This document shows positions 1 to 9,824 of a DNA stretch of 64,000 nucleotides, piece after piece. Each line of letters begins with the position of its first letter. The first letter of the stretch is position 1. This DNA is from a virus. Lineage: Duplodnaviria > Heunggongvirae > Uroviricota > Caudoviricetes. The DNA is taken from positions 64,779-128,778 of the IMG/VR virus record IMGVR_UViG_3300017565_000017. One strand, written 5' to 3'. The notes below the pieces were generated by a model. The model was given only the letters and a program-made list of their open reading frames with translations, was not told the origin of the DNA and searched no databases. A program made the translations under genes and the position numbers.

Positions 1-170
1 GCCGCGTATGTCTTTAACCATTTCCCACGCGAACCCGTTAAATGCCGGGACCAGCCCCGCAGCGGATTCAGGCGGAGCCCAGACAAAGCCATTCGCTAGA
101 GGATTAGCAGACTCTTTGGTTTCACCTGTGCTGTACCCATTTTCGTCGAATAGATGATAGAGTTTTTTCA
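1..170 (-). CDS. Tail fiber assembly chaperone (Tfa/gpG-like), partial; the 3' end lies beyond the window start
   Basis: Reverse-complement ATG at 168-170 gives MKKLYHLFDENGYSTGETKESANPLANGFVWAPPESAAGLVPAFNGFAWEMVKDIRG. The W..V.D.RG motif and its position directly downstream of the tail fiber gene match P2 gpG-type assembly proteins. The ORF is absent from the ORF track because it is truncated. Confidence 0.55.
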
Positions 171-173
171 TGA

Positions 174-1679
174 TTATTGCCATGTGAGTAGATAGATGGT
201 TAGAGCACGGTGTGCCGTAATTTGCCAGGAGGCCCCTTGGTATCCAACTAGGGTCACACCTTCACCACCACCATCGGAGTCACCCGCAGTAACTTGAATA
301 CCATTGATCGCTCCTGTAATCCAGGGATCCTTACCGCTGTTCCGAGCATAGACAGTAGCGCCATCATGTGGGAATACTCCAGTAGCGCCCGCTGGAACCA
401 GGGTTCCAGTACCGCCTCCAGATGAGCTACTGCCTGTGAACGCTCGCCATGGACTCCAGTTACCATTGTCATACATGCGCCACCACATTTGACTATCCGG
501 ATCTGTATCGGATACAGTACGTTGGGCCGGGAAGAACTGCTGGCAGATGACACTATTCGTGTTCACCATATTACTTTGACGCAAACGACCGCCCCGAGTC
601 GTTTGTGGTGGCAGATTCAATGGTCTGTTGGTATCCGATATCGTGTACTCACCACTAATGAGGCCAATATCATTAAGATTGGTCCCGCTACCCAATACTG
701 AGTTGTTTCCGTTGACATTGTGTACCAGACCGAATGTCTCGATAACCCCTGGAGTATTGACTATCAAACCACTACCTGCTCGAACAATACCAGGAACCGA
801 ATTGGTGGCTAGTGGCAGAGTCTTGTAGTTAACACTCTCGTACACACGCAACGCACTTCCAATCGCGGGCAAGTCTGACAGGGGTGCTGGATTCAGATCG
901 AACCTGTAATTACTACCGCCCGCATTAACGAATTGGGACACTGATCTGAAATAGCCATCCGCGAATTCCAATACGTATTTGCGGTTGATAGTGGTTAGGT
1001 CCGAGGCTAGAAACCCAGAGGCGGCCACAGTGACGGATGTAGACGTGGCGTTAACTACTGTCGTATTACGGAACCACGGATAGTTCGTGCCTACGGTCCA
1101 CCTAGTGTCATCCGATTTCGTAAGCAAGCTGGAGCACCGAGCGCCATCAAGTTCCCGAACTAGAGCAAGGGGTACGTCTGGGTTAGCACTGAGTCCTGGG
1201 GGAACCACATCGGACCACAGATCGTACTCAACCAATTCTTGATTAGTCACCGTGCTGAATTGGAAGATGGCGATGGACTGTTCCAGCTTAATTAGGCAAT
1301 GGAACGTCTCAGACGTAGCAACGTTGGTTCCAAGTGAACTGTATTTCGTCTGAGGTGTGTCGAACACAGCTTTCGCGAAAAGAACCTTGTTGCCACTGGA
1401 GTCTTCATTGAAGATCCCAACTTCTCCGTACTCAAACGGACCCGCATCCGGAGGGATCTGGCAGACAATGTCTATAGTGTTGTTACCGACATTACGGTAC
1501 TGAGTGGGTGCGCCCGTGTACAGCAGATTGCCGTTCAGGCCCGTGTCGTTGCGGGTCGGTGTGTACCCGAAGGCGTCACCAACTCGGAATTCTACGATAT
1601 TGATAAACGGGCCGGTGGGCGTAGCTACAGAAGCTGCCGCGAGGCCCGCGTTAGTCACAAGCATTAAGGGAGTGGGCAT
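174..1679 (-). CDS. Tail fiber protein with phage tail-collar fibre (DUF3751-like) N-terminus
   Basis: N-terminus TNAGLAAA..FINIVEFRVGDAFGYTPTRNDTGLNGNLLYTG..IPPDAGPFEYGEVGIFNEDSSGNKVLFAKAVFDTPQTK matches the conserved tail-collar fibre N-domain pattern. 501 aa, last gene of the baseplate module. Confidence 0.7.
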   Translation of the reverse strand: MPTPLMLVTNAGLAAASVATPTGPFINIVEFRVGDAFGYTPTRNDTGLNGNLLYTGAPTQYRNVGNNTIDIVCQIPPDAGPFEYGEVGIFNEDSSGNKVLFAKAVFDTPQTKYSSLGTNVATSETFHCLIKLEQSIAIFQFSTVTNQELVEYDLWSDVVPPGLSANPDVPLALVRELDGARCSSLLTKSDDTRWTVGTNYPWFRNTTVVNATSTSVTVAASGFLASDLTTINRKYVLEFADGYFRSVSQFVNAGGSNYRFDLNPAPLSDLPAIGSALRVYESVNYKTLPLATNSVPGIVRAGSGLIVNTPGVIETFGLVHNVNGNNSVLGSGTNLNDIGLISGEYTISDTNRPLNLPPQTTRGGRLRQSNMVNTNSVICQQFFPAQRTVSDTDPDSQMWWRMYDNGNWSPWRAFTGSSSSGGGTGTLVPAGATGVFPHDGATVYARNSGKDPWITGAINGIQVTAGDSDGGGEGVTLVGYQGASWQITAHRALTIYLLTWQ

Positions 1680-1690
1680 CTTACTTCCTT

Positions 1691-2785
1691 TTAGAACAGA
1701 CGGCTGCTCAGAACATTAAGTGGGCGGGACTGCTGGTCACGAACCAATCCTGAGACATAATTGCGGAACCCGAACTGAACGTCTGACAGCAACGGGAACG
1801 AGGTTAGGGTATTACCCTGAGGAAGTGTTCCTAGTGTGGCATCACTCCAAGTTAGTTCCATCAGGCCGGAACCATTGCTGGACGAGGCTGCCGACGGAAA
1901 TACTGGAATGGTGTACGGTTGCTGGTCACCGCCTGGGAAATCTCTATACATGTGAATGAAATGAACACGAGAAGCTAGTTGCGGAGCGCTCATGGCCGCA
2001 GAAGCATCCGCTATAGCCCCTTGGATAAGGAATTGCGAGGCGAATTGGCGTAAGTAAGAACGGCCTCTGCCAGCCACACCCATAACCCCGCCTACACTGT
2101 TCTGGTCTGTACGATTAATAATGGATCCGTATAGATCAAGCGTTGCTGGATAGCTGCTTACGTTGTAATGGAAATCCATCAATCCATATGCAGAATTGGC
2201 CGGAGACCCCGCCGGAACCGCCGCCAAGTTCAGTTGGATACCTTCCAGACGCAGAGTTCCGCTATCGAATCCGTTACTGACATACTTTCCATTTACCAGA
2301 CTAACTACCTGTGTGATGACTGGTCGGCTCACGTTAGCCATTGATGCCGGTAATGCAGTACCATTGATAAGTGCCGAGTTGTAGTCACCGTACACTGGAT
2401 CGCCGTAAAAAGATAGAGTCAATGACGACAGTGCTGGAATAGTGCGACGACCCGTTAGTGTAAACGTTTCGCCTGCCTTCAGGGCGATTACGGTGTTGGC
2501 CCCTGGATTTGACAGGTTGAAGTTCAAGACCTGAGTCACTGCGTAGTCAAGGGTTTTGAACGGAGCCGCTTTCGTGCCGTGTAACAGATCATCAACTCCA
2601 GCCGCCGCTACGTATACGGTGCTCGCGATAAACGTAGTACCGACATACAGGCCATCGGCTCCAGCGCGGAGTTGGTTATTTGACGCTGTACTGATAGCAA
2701 TCGCCTGTGGATTTATTGTATCCACAGATGGGTCGAGTGGCTTGTGCGCGTTATCTTTGTAAATGAGTGGATTCTGTAGAGCCAT
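1691..2785 (-). CDS. Tail fiber / baseplate-distal structural protein
   Basis: 364 aa, Gly/Ser/Thr/Asn-rich beta-type composition. Sits between the gpI-like gene and the tail fiber. Confidence 0.4.
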   Translation of the reverse strand: MALQNPLIYKDNAHKPLDPSVDTINPQAIAISTASNNQLRAGADGLYVGTTFIASTVYVAAAGVDDLLHGTKAAPFKTLDYAVTQVLNFNLSNPGANTVIALKAGETFTLTGRRTIPALSSLTLSFYGDPVYGDYNSALINGTALPASMANVSRPVITQVVSLVNGKYVSNGFDSGTLRLEGIQLNLAAVPAGSPANSAYGLMDFHYNVSSYPATLDLYGSIINRTDQNSVGGVMGVAGRGRSYLRQFASQFLIQGAIADASAAMSAPQLASRVHFIHMYRDFPGGDQQPYTIPVFPSAASSSNGSGLMELTWSDATLGTLPQGNTLTSFPLLSDVQFGFRNYVSGLVRDQQSRPLNVLSSRLF

Positions 2786-2794
2786 TTTCTTTCC

Positions 2795-4021
2795 TTACCA
2801 ATACGGTGTGAACAGCCCGGGACTAATCTCGTACCAGCCTACCGGATTGGTCAGGTAAGCTGTTCGTGTCCCGATTGTTCGGGCACTGACTGATGAATTT
2901 ACGGTTGTCGTTGGGACCGCTGTCCAGACTGGGACTCGTCCTGGTCCTCCGGTCCCACCTGGAACCTGAATATATTGAACAGGTCCCATAAGCATAGTGT
3001 AAGAAGCAGGATCATCTGGATCACCTGTCGGATTTCCTATAACGGTCGTCGGTAAAGTGTCGGAAGAGGCTACTACGCGCTGCTCCGTCGTGTAGACAAC
3101 AATAGAGCGACCTTGCGTATCTAGGAACCATGACGAGGGTTCCATTAACACATACGCCGCGTTGAAATCTGGCACTCCTGCAGACAGAGCCCTAGAAGGC
3201 TTACCCGGCTGTAAGTTAGTGCGTACCGGGGAAGGGCCTCCGTACTGGCCTTCTGTAGACATGGTCACACCGTGGTCACGATACATGCCCAAAGCTACAA
3301 TGGTCGTCGTATCATTTTCTGGCAGAAGTCTATCCACCACCGGCATGTAGAACGCATTCTCGATGGAGCGCAGTACCAGATTGTAGTTTGCAATCTCGTA
3401 GAAGAATTCAGCCAGGGTCTGTACGGTAAGGCCCCCAAGTCCACCGGTAGCCGTGATTTGCACATGCGTCGTTGGATACCACGTGCCGCCTTCCCATATA
3501 GGCGTCCCCGGAGGTGTGCCGTCGGAATTCTCCAGGGTCATGTTGTTGTAATTGTTCGGGTCGGGCGTATTTTGTGACCAGAAGTTTTCAACAGACAGGT
3601 CCGCAATCAGGCAGAAGTTAATAAACTCGATGAATGCTTGTGTACCCTTACCGAACCAGTAGTATCCAAGATATCTGGATACGACTAGATAGTTTTCATC
3701 GGTCAGAATGCCAGCGCTCTTGAGTTTCATCCCCAGCATGTTAACTTGCTTTACTAGGGTTTCCCGCTCATGGATAGACCAATCTTGGAGCGGAATCATC
3801 TGGTTGTCCAGAATCTCCTGCTCCATAGCCGGGTTAGTGATCCACACGTTGCGGATATTTACCAGAGCCTTGAACGCATTGTCGAGCTCTATACCCCAAA
3901 CCGTATCAATACTGTCCGAGAAATCCGTGTAGTACGGATTCAGGGCCATATACGGGGGCCATAGAATAGACCTAGGGACTTTAAACCCTAAACGTCTCTG
4001 TATGGTGTATTCGTCAGCCAT
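2795..4021 (-). CDS. Baseplate protein (gpI/Mu gp48-like position)
   Basis: 408 aa ORF immediately downstream of the gpJ-like gene. The call is based on synteny only. Confidence 0.35.
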   Translation of the reverse strand: MADEYTIQRRLGFKVPRSILWPPYMALNPYYTDFSDSIDTVWGIELDNAFKALVNIRNVWITNPAMEQEILDNQMIPLQDWSIHERETLVKQVNMLGMKLKSAGILTDENYLVVSRYLGYYWFGKGTQAFIEFINFCLIADLSVENFWSQNTPDPNNYNNMTLENSDGTPPGTPIWEGGTWYPTTHVQITATGGLGGLTVQTLAEFFYEIANYNLVLRSIENAFYMPVVDRLLPENDTTTIVALGMYRDHGVTMSTEGQYGGPSPVRTNLQPGKPSRALSAGVPDFNAAYVLMEPSSWFLDTQGRSIVVYTTEQRVVASSDTLPTTVIGNPTGDPDDPASYTMLMGPVQYIQVPGGTGGPGRVPVWTAVPTTTVNSSVSARTIGTRTAYLTNPVGWYEISPGLFTPYW

Positions 4022-4029
4022 TTTCTACC

Positions 4030-5799
4030 TCATGCATTATCCAAGCGCTCCGGATTACCGTCGAGTTTGCGTTGGCGCTCTGCAAAGTGTACTCGCACCG
4101 TAAGATTGCGCAATCGGTTGTATCGAATCGGGGCTAGACTTAATGTATTGGGCAATCCACCCGTGGGTGTGATAGAACCGTCATCTGTGAATTGCACCGG
4201 TGGGCCGTTCAGTGTTGCCGGAATCGTGGCAATTAACCCAAGAGCTCCACCTTGGCGACCGTACACTCGATATGAAACTGCTCCAGGAACTTCATTCCAT
4301 GTGAGCTTAATTGAGTTGTTAGTTGCTGCGCCTGTGATCTGTGGGTTAATCCAGTAATTAGGAGGACCCGCATCCTGGGCATTCGTTACAGCCACTGAAT
4401 ACGAATATACCAGCGGTCCAAGTGTACCTGTTCCTGGAACGATCTCATAGGTAACGTTGGCGGCGCTAGGCGCGTTAACTGTCATTGGAGCGAGCGGGGC
4501 GTTGACAATAACGTAGCTAACCTGTCCTCGATTTGCCTTCTTAATAGCGACAATGATATCGCTATTAAAGTAATCTGTCATGAGGATTCCGGGCTGCGGA
4601 GCTAGCAGATTAACGATTGCCTGCTCGCTCAAAGCCTGCACTTGCGACAGAGTTGCCGTGTTAAACGCATACACGTCTACATCTATGTCACGATCAAGAG
4701 GAATAGCATCAAACCATACGAATCGGGTGCTGTACATAGTAACCCGCTGCATTTGGTCAATGAAGTCTTGGCGCTGGCCTTGTGTCCATGGGCTATCCGT
4801 TAGAGCACTAACGCGGATAACGTTCATGTACTGCAAGTCCATAGGGTCGATCTCGCGCTGGGCTTGCGTAACTGCGTCTACAATGCCTGGATACGTATTG
4901 ACCTGAGCAATGTATTGACTGCGAGTCACTGCACTCTGATACGTACCGAACGAGCCAGAGGCCACGTTCTTATATACGACCACATTCTTGACTCCAGAAC
5001 CCCCACTAGGACTGGTCGTTGCCGTTCCAGTAATTTGGGGGAACCCGTCAATGTTTACGCGCTTGCCTTGCGTAGCTGCGCCATTGCTGTCTGAGCCGTT
5101 GGTCACAACGTAAGTGACCGCTACGATGTCGTTTGTTTGTGGAACAGAACCAAAGCGGCTATTCCCGAACTGCACATTGAGGCGACCGTCTGGCAATGTC
5201 AAATCTGCAAAGGCTGGTTGACCCTTATAGTTCCACAGTACCCCGAATGACTTGTTGATGAGAGTTCCATTGATACGGACTTGGGTATCAATGTCGCTGA
5301 CGTTAAAACCGTCTTCTGGGCTGATGAATGTTTGGTAGTCTGAACCCAGGCCCGAGATCATAAAGGAGATTACAGAACCTTGAGCCAGTTCCACATTGAT
5401 AGGCTGACCTGCCGTCATCTCGACTTGCTCACGGTTGAAGAACTTAATTCCGCCGATGGTCATCTGGGTGTACGGGCTTAGGGTCAAACTCATTGTTGAG
5501 GTGAGTGACACCGTAATCTGGGCCGGTAACTTACGGGTCATGCGTAGACCCTGCATCGTAGTAATAGACCGGATTGCATCGTCTGCCAGTGCAGTTTCTG
5601 CAAAAGCGTCTTCTGACGAGCGGATGATCTTAGCACTATCCAGTGCCCCAACCGTCGAGATATACTCGATGATGGTTTGTGAGGTCTGGGTGGTCAGCTG
5701 ACCTTTCCAAGTACCCTTATTCCTCAGATCGTTGTTGAATTGGGTGATGAAATCGTCCACTTCAACGGTTAGGTCTGATAGCTTAAGAACTTCTGCCAT
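4030..5799 (-). CDS. Baseplate J-like protein (Mu gp47/P2 gpJ-like) with C-terminal fibronectin-III-like domain
   Basis: 589 aa from the ATG at 5799 (MAEVLK..), which has an AAGGA SD. The track's TTG start at 5826 is less likely. The gene follows the gp25-like gene as in Mu/P2 baseplates. C-terminal motif TWNEVPGAVSYRVYG is FN3-like. Confidence 0.5.
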   Translation of the reverse strand: MAEVLKLSDLTVEVDDFITQFNNDLRNKGTWKGQLTTQTSQTIIEYISTVGALDSAKIIRSSEDAFAETALADDAIRSITTMQGLRMTRKLPAQITVSLTSTMSLTLSPYTQMTIGGIKFFNREQVEMTAGQPINVELAQGSVISFMISGLGSDYQTFISPEDGFNVSDIDTQVRINGTLINKSFGVLWNYKGQPAFADLTLPDGRLNVQFGNSRFGSVPQTNDIVAVTYVVTNGSDSNGAATQGKRVNIDGFPQITGTATTSPSGGSGVKNVVVYKNVASGSFGTYQSAVTRSQYIAQVNTYPGIVDAVTQAQREIDPMDLQYMNVIRVSALTDSPWTQGQRQDFIDQMQRVTMYSTRFVWFDAIPLDRDIDVDVYAFNTATLSQVQALSEQAIVNLLAPQPGILMTDYFNSDIIVAIKKANRGQVSYVIVNAPLAPMTVNAPSAANVTYEIVPGTGTLGPLVYSYSVAVTNAQDAGPPNYWINPQITGAATNNSIKLTWNEVPGAVSYRVYGRQGGALGLIATIPATLNGPPVQFTDDGSITPTGGLPNTLSLAPIRYNRLRNLTVRVHFAERQRKLDGNPERLDNA

Positions 5800-5809
5800 G
5801 GTTGTGTCC

Positions 5810-6229
5810 TTATTGGGCCAGAACAAAGTCTTGCATACCTCGTTCCTGACTTATGTTTACTGTGTACGCCAGCCGGATTCTATATCCAGGAATTTGGAAA
5901 TCTGGCAGAACGGAAGTGCCTGCATAGTCAATTACTATGCGCGGCTCCCACCGTTCAATAGCTTGGATGAAACCCATCTGGACAAGAGTTGCTGTCCCGG
6001 AATCAATAGGCTCTTGCAGCAACTGATACAGAATCGATCCGTATGCCGGTTGGAACGTTCTAGAGCGGGCTCCGATGGGGCAGTTTAGTAGATTGAAGAG
6101 CGAGCAGTACGTAATGCTCTGCTCATCCGGCAATCTGTCTGGAAGCCCATTCATACCTAACAGGGTATTGACGTCAATCCATATAGCTCCGTCAAGTTGA
6201 AGCTGGTACGGAGTTAAAGGTGCTGCCAT
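5810..6229 (-). CDS. Baseplate wedge protein, GPW/gp25-like (lysozyme-like fold)
   Basis: 139 aa. GSILYQLLQEPIDSGTATLVQMGFIQAIERWEPRIVI matches the gp25/GPW signature (..AIErWEPRI..). Confidence 0.75.
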   Translation of the reverse strand: MAAPLTPYQLQLDGAIWIDVNTLLGMNGLPDRLPDEQSITYCSLFNLLNCPIGARSRTFQPAYGSILYQLLQEPIDSGTATLVQMGFIQAIERWEPRIVIDYAGTSVLPDFQIPGYRIRLAYTVNISQERGMQDFVLAQ

Positions 6230-6241
6230 AATCTTCTCCTA

Positions 6242-7117
6242 TTAGGTTCCGGCAATCGGAGGACCTGAATTACCTTCCGGGGTGCCGTGGATGTGACCAC
6301 TGATACTCACGTCGTTCGAAGTGAAGATACCATTCGTATGGGTAACGTTTCCTTGGAACTGCGCAGACACACCACCTCCAGTATCACCCTCGACAATAAT
6401 CCCAGCCCGCACTCTCAAAAGACCTAGGATACTGGTTGGTCCCGTTATAGTGGTGCTCGGGCTGTCTATGAGTACAGAGTTGGCATTTACTACCGTAGGT
6501 CCAGTCGAGTCTAGGATTGTCGGGCCGATAGATTCAATCGTTGTGCCCGTTCCAGAGTGAACATACGTAGACCCTTGTGTAACGATCGACGTATCACCTT
6601 CTGTGTTGATCGACGTATTGCCCTGGATGTTGATCGTGACATTACCTACAACCGTAGCACTTAAATTTCCCGAATTGTCAATCTCGTACTCGGTTCCGGA
6701 GTGGTGATGCCATGTCCACGTCCCATTTTCCATGTCTACAATGAGGTAATTTCCGCTGGGGTCTTGATATCCCCAGACACTGCCGCTTGCGAACCTGGGA
6801 TCCTTGTGCGCATTGTGCAGCATATACCCCTTGCAGATGGGGTACGATTGATTGCCGTCCTGGAATTCTATGATAGCCAACGACCCGAGCGCCGGGGATC
6901 CATACACCCCAAAGCCCGGACCTACTCCGAACGGGCTCGCCTTTTCCATGCCGACCCAGGGTCTCCCAGACCCCTCGGAAACCAATTCTGGAATCTCCAC
7001 TTGAAAACGATTTATCCCAAGTGGATCATCCAGGCTTACTACCGTTCCGACGAATCGTTTGTTCCGATAGTCTTGAACGTTATTATTTAACTGATCGTTA
7101 AGGGTATTAAGTGACAT
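6242..7117 (-). CDS. Baseplate spike / assembly protein V (gpV/gp5-like, OB-fold plus beta-helix)
   Basis: N-terminal FVGTVVSLDDPLGINRFQVEIPEL.. is the gpV OB-fold pattern. C-terminal repeated GNVTINIQGNTSINTEGDTSIVTQGST beta-helix repeats. Confidence 0.7.
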   Translation of the reverse strand: MSLNTLNDQLNNNVQDYRNKRFVGTVVSLDDPLGINRFQVEIPELVSEGSGRPWVGMEKASPFGVGPGFGVYGSPALGSLAIIEFQDGNQSYPICKGYMLHNAHKDPRFASGSVWGYQDPSGNYLIVDMENGTWTWHHHSGTEYEIDNSGNLSATVVGNVTINIQGNTSINTEGDTSIVTQGSTYVHSGTGTTIESIGPTILDSTGPTVVNANSVLIDSPSTTITGPTSILGLLRVRAGIIVEGDTGGGVSAQFQGNVTHTNGIFTSNDVSISGHIHGTPEGNSGPPIAGT

Positions 7118-7122
7118 TGCTA

Positions 7123-8244
7123 TTATCCTGTAACGTTCGTACCGTGACGGTAGCCTTCAAAGTACTCGGAATACGCCGCACCCTCAATCCGTATAGCCTT
7201 GGATGTGAGCCTATAGTTGCCGGACCAAGAGTTATTGATCTCGTGGTCTTCAACTTCACGGTCGATGAAGTTGAATGTATCGAATAGGTTTAGATTGGTG
7301 GGCCATACCGACAGAAAATCCACACCCGCGCTCATTAGATTGCGATAGCGCTGATTCTGATAGTACGCTCTTTCGTATGACTCGTGGACATTGCCAAAGT
7401 CAATTGGTGAATACATGACAAATCCTCTCTGAGCCACGTTCTTGGCTTCTTCAGAGAAGAATGGAGACTTAGAGTTCGGGAAGAACACTACGTCCTTGTA
7501 AGTCTCTGCTCCAGCAATTGCGGATTGACGCACCCGGGCATGATTGTACCCAGTCAGTAGATTGTTTAGGCCCGCATTGTTCTTAGGCACATAATCTGTG
7601 ACCATGCGCTTACCTTCAACGTATTGACCTAGTACAACGTCTACAATGGTGTTAGGGTCAGGGGTGCTGTTCATGTCCCGGAGCATTAGAGTCCCATCTA
7701 GGGTTAGCCCAGACATGATAAGGGAGCTATCTGACGCATACGCATATTCCACTGTCTTTTTAACGAACATAGAATACGTTCGGTTCTGTGGTAGCCACAA
7801 CTGAGAGTCGTTGGTCGTGATACCATCGTACTTGAGCCCGCACGCGGCAGCTACCTCTCCGAGAACATAATTAGACGTACCCTGGATTCCAGTGCTGCTC
7901 GTCTGTAGCCAGTATTTCTGGTAATCTAGATACGCGTCAATTTGGTACATAGTGCCGATTGTGGCCCGGAAGCTCTGGAACTTGAAAACCCGAAAATTGT
8001 AGATTTGACTATCCGAGTTACCCATAGCCTTGATGACGACACTGATTGGGGTTCCGTCCTGTACCAACGTCGATTTGCTAATCATCTCGATTTCGTCGGT
8101 TAGCACCAAGTGCATCGTAGGTATGAGTACCTTGATACTCATGTCGATCTGTAGAGAATTGAGAACGTTAATTCCCTGAAGCGGAAATTCAGTGCCACTT
8201 AAGTAGACACTGATCTCCATACGGTCCTTTAAGACGTAACCCAT
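7123..8244 (-). CDS. Baseplate hub protein (Mu gp44/P2 gpD-like position)
   Basis: 373 aa, immediately upstream of the spike gene. Synteny-based. Confidence 0.4.
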   Translation of the reverse strand: MGYVLKDRMEISVYLSGTEFPLQGINVLNSLQIDMSIKVLIPTMHLVLTDEIEMISKSTLVQDGTPISVVIKAMGNSDSQIYNFRVFKFQSFRATIGTMYQIDAYLDYQKYWLQTSSTGIQGTSNYVLGEVAAACGLKYDGITTNDSQLWLPQNRTYSMFVKKTVEYAYASDSSLIMSGLTLDGTLMLRDMNSTPDPNTIVDVVLGQYVEGKRMVTDYVPKNNAGLNNLLTGYNHARVRQSAIAGAETYKDVVFFPNSKSPFFSEEAKNVAQRGFVMYSPIDFGNVHESYERAYYQNQRYRNLMSAGVDFLSVWPTNLNLFDTFNFIDREVEDHEINNSWSGNYRLTSKAIRIEGAAYSEYFEGYRHGTNVTG

Positions 8245-8256
8245 GCGTTTACCCCA

Positions 8257-8592
8257 TTAGATAATACGTGACACCACTTGGTTGTTCTGCTGTGCGCTCA
8301 GCCATGCGATGATGCCTGCTTGGGTCGGGATTCGGAACGTCATACCCGTATAGACATCTTGGATCGGGTCGGACAATCCGTTATAGTGGAGCAGCACTCG
8401 CCAGAAATCTACTACCCCGTATTTCTCGTACGATAATCCAGGTAGATTCGCAGACTGGCTGTCGGTCAAGACAATGATTTCCTGAAGCGGCACACTGAAT
8501 CGGATATTCTTGTACGCAGATTTCCAAAGGGACCGCGCATCACGAGTATTGTCTAAGGGTGTGAATTTGGACCACGTGTAATCCTGAGCCAT
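8257..8592 (-). CDS. LysM-domain tail protein (P2 gpX-like)
   Basis: 111 aa. YEKYGVVDFWRVLLHYNGLSDPIQDVYTGMTFRIP resembles a LysM motif. Position matches tail protein X. Confidence 0.45.
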   Translation of the reverse strand: MAQDYTWSKFTPLDNTRDARSLWKSAYKNIRFSVPLQEIIVLTDSQSANLPGLSYEKYGVVDFWRVLLHYNGLSDPIQDVYTGMTFRIPTQAGIIAWLSAQQNNQVVSRII

Positions 8593-8603
8593 GAGTCACT
8601 CCA

Positions 8604-9815
8604 TTATGTGTTGTTGCGAGACTTGAGCGCGTTGGATACGCCCGAGTAAATACTGTCAATAGCGGACGACGCTGCGTTCTTGACACGCTGCACCGTCTGG
8701 GTAACAGGCTGTATGAACGAGTCGATCTTGTTCGACACTTGCTGTACCGCAGTATTTACTTGACCAACTGCTGGACTCAGGCCCTCAAAACTACCTATAG
8801 CCGTACCCCCAGCAACTCCCATCAATGGAGTCGTTGATCCACCCGCGCCATTCTGGTTAGCGGGTTGCCCTGGGCCTGTAAAGATTTTGGTTAGATCAGC
8901 CTGAGTAATCATGAACAGCGGTTTGAAACGCACGGCGACTCGGGCGTAGTGGGGTAGTCCGTTTACATCGAATTGTGATTCAAATGTAGTCTGAACGTTA
9001 GTCACTACGACACTGTTAAAGTACATATAGTTTCCGATCTTGATTGAGATACGGTCATCTATGTATTGGTTGAAGTAGTCTGCTGTGCCTATGGAAGGAG
9101 TATCCGCCGCATCTTGGCTCTGGCTGGCATCCTGGGTGCCATTCGTCACCGTATTGGACGGGTCATTCATGCCACATACCTTCTGCTGACCCGGTCCTGC
9201 ATTGGGGTTTACCGCTGCAAACGATCCGTTCAGGTTTGGACCAGTTCCCGGAATGCTCTCCCCGGCTGAGGTATTCTGCTGGGCTGTAGTTGCTGGGTCC
9301 GTGGCCTGACCTGCCTTGTTCCAAGTCTCAGAGATAATCGCTTGACCATCGGTTAGTAGCTTGTCAATTAGTTCCTTGCCAATCTTTGGCCCGGGACTGG
9401 TGAGCAGACCCGCTCGGTCCGATGTAGGGGTCGTTAGACGCAGTAGCTTCAAAACTTGTTGGCGAACTTCTAGGTCTGGATCGCGCTCTGCCTGAAATTC
9501 AATCTCTAGACCTAGTTCTGTCTCTGTCGAACCTTGCCAGAATTGTGCCGTTAAGCTTTGAGTAACCAGTCGGGCGGCGACCCCTACTCGAAGGATCGTG
9601 TCGATCATTTGGTTGCCCGTTAGACCACCAGTAAACGGTGCAGCATATTGTGAAGCAGCGTCATACATGAACGACTCCGGCATTGGAGCTTGAATAATGA
9701 CCGGGCTTGCGCTGGAGGTTGGGTACTGCATTATGGTTATGGTGTAGTTCTCATTGACCTGACTTGGGTTGGAGCCAGAGGCCCCCGGCGTAGACGCTGA
9801 TGAAGCTGCAAACAT
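8604..9815 (-). CDS. Tail/baseplate structural protein (Mu gp43 DNA-circularisation-like position)
   Basis: 403 aa low-complexity structural-type protein between the lysin and LysM genes. Confidence 0.3.
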   Translation of the reverse strand: MFAASSASTPGASGSNPSQVNENYTITIMQYPTSSASPVIIQAPMPESFMYDAASQYAAPFTGGLTGNQMIDTILRVGVAARLVTQSLTAQFWQGSTETELGLEIEFQAERDPDLEVRQQVLKLLRLTTPTSDRAGLLTSPGPKIGKELIDKLLTDGQAIISETWNKAGQATDPATTAQQNTSAGESIPGTGPNLNGSFAAVNPNAGPGQQKVCGMNDPSNTVTNGTQDASQSQDAADTPSIGTADYFNQYIDDRISIKIGNYMYFNSVVVTNVQTTFESQFDVNGLPHYARVAVRFKPLFMITQADLTKIFTGPGQPANQNGAGGSTTPLMGVAGGTAIGSFEGLSPAVGQVNTAVQQVSNKIDSFIQPVTQTVQRVKNAASSAIDSIYSGVSNALKSRNNT

Positions 9816-9824
9816 GGTTATTCC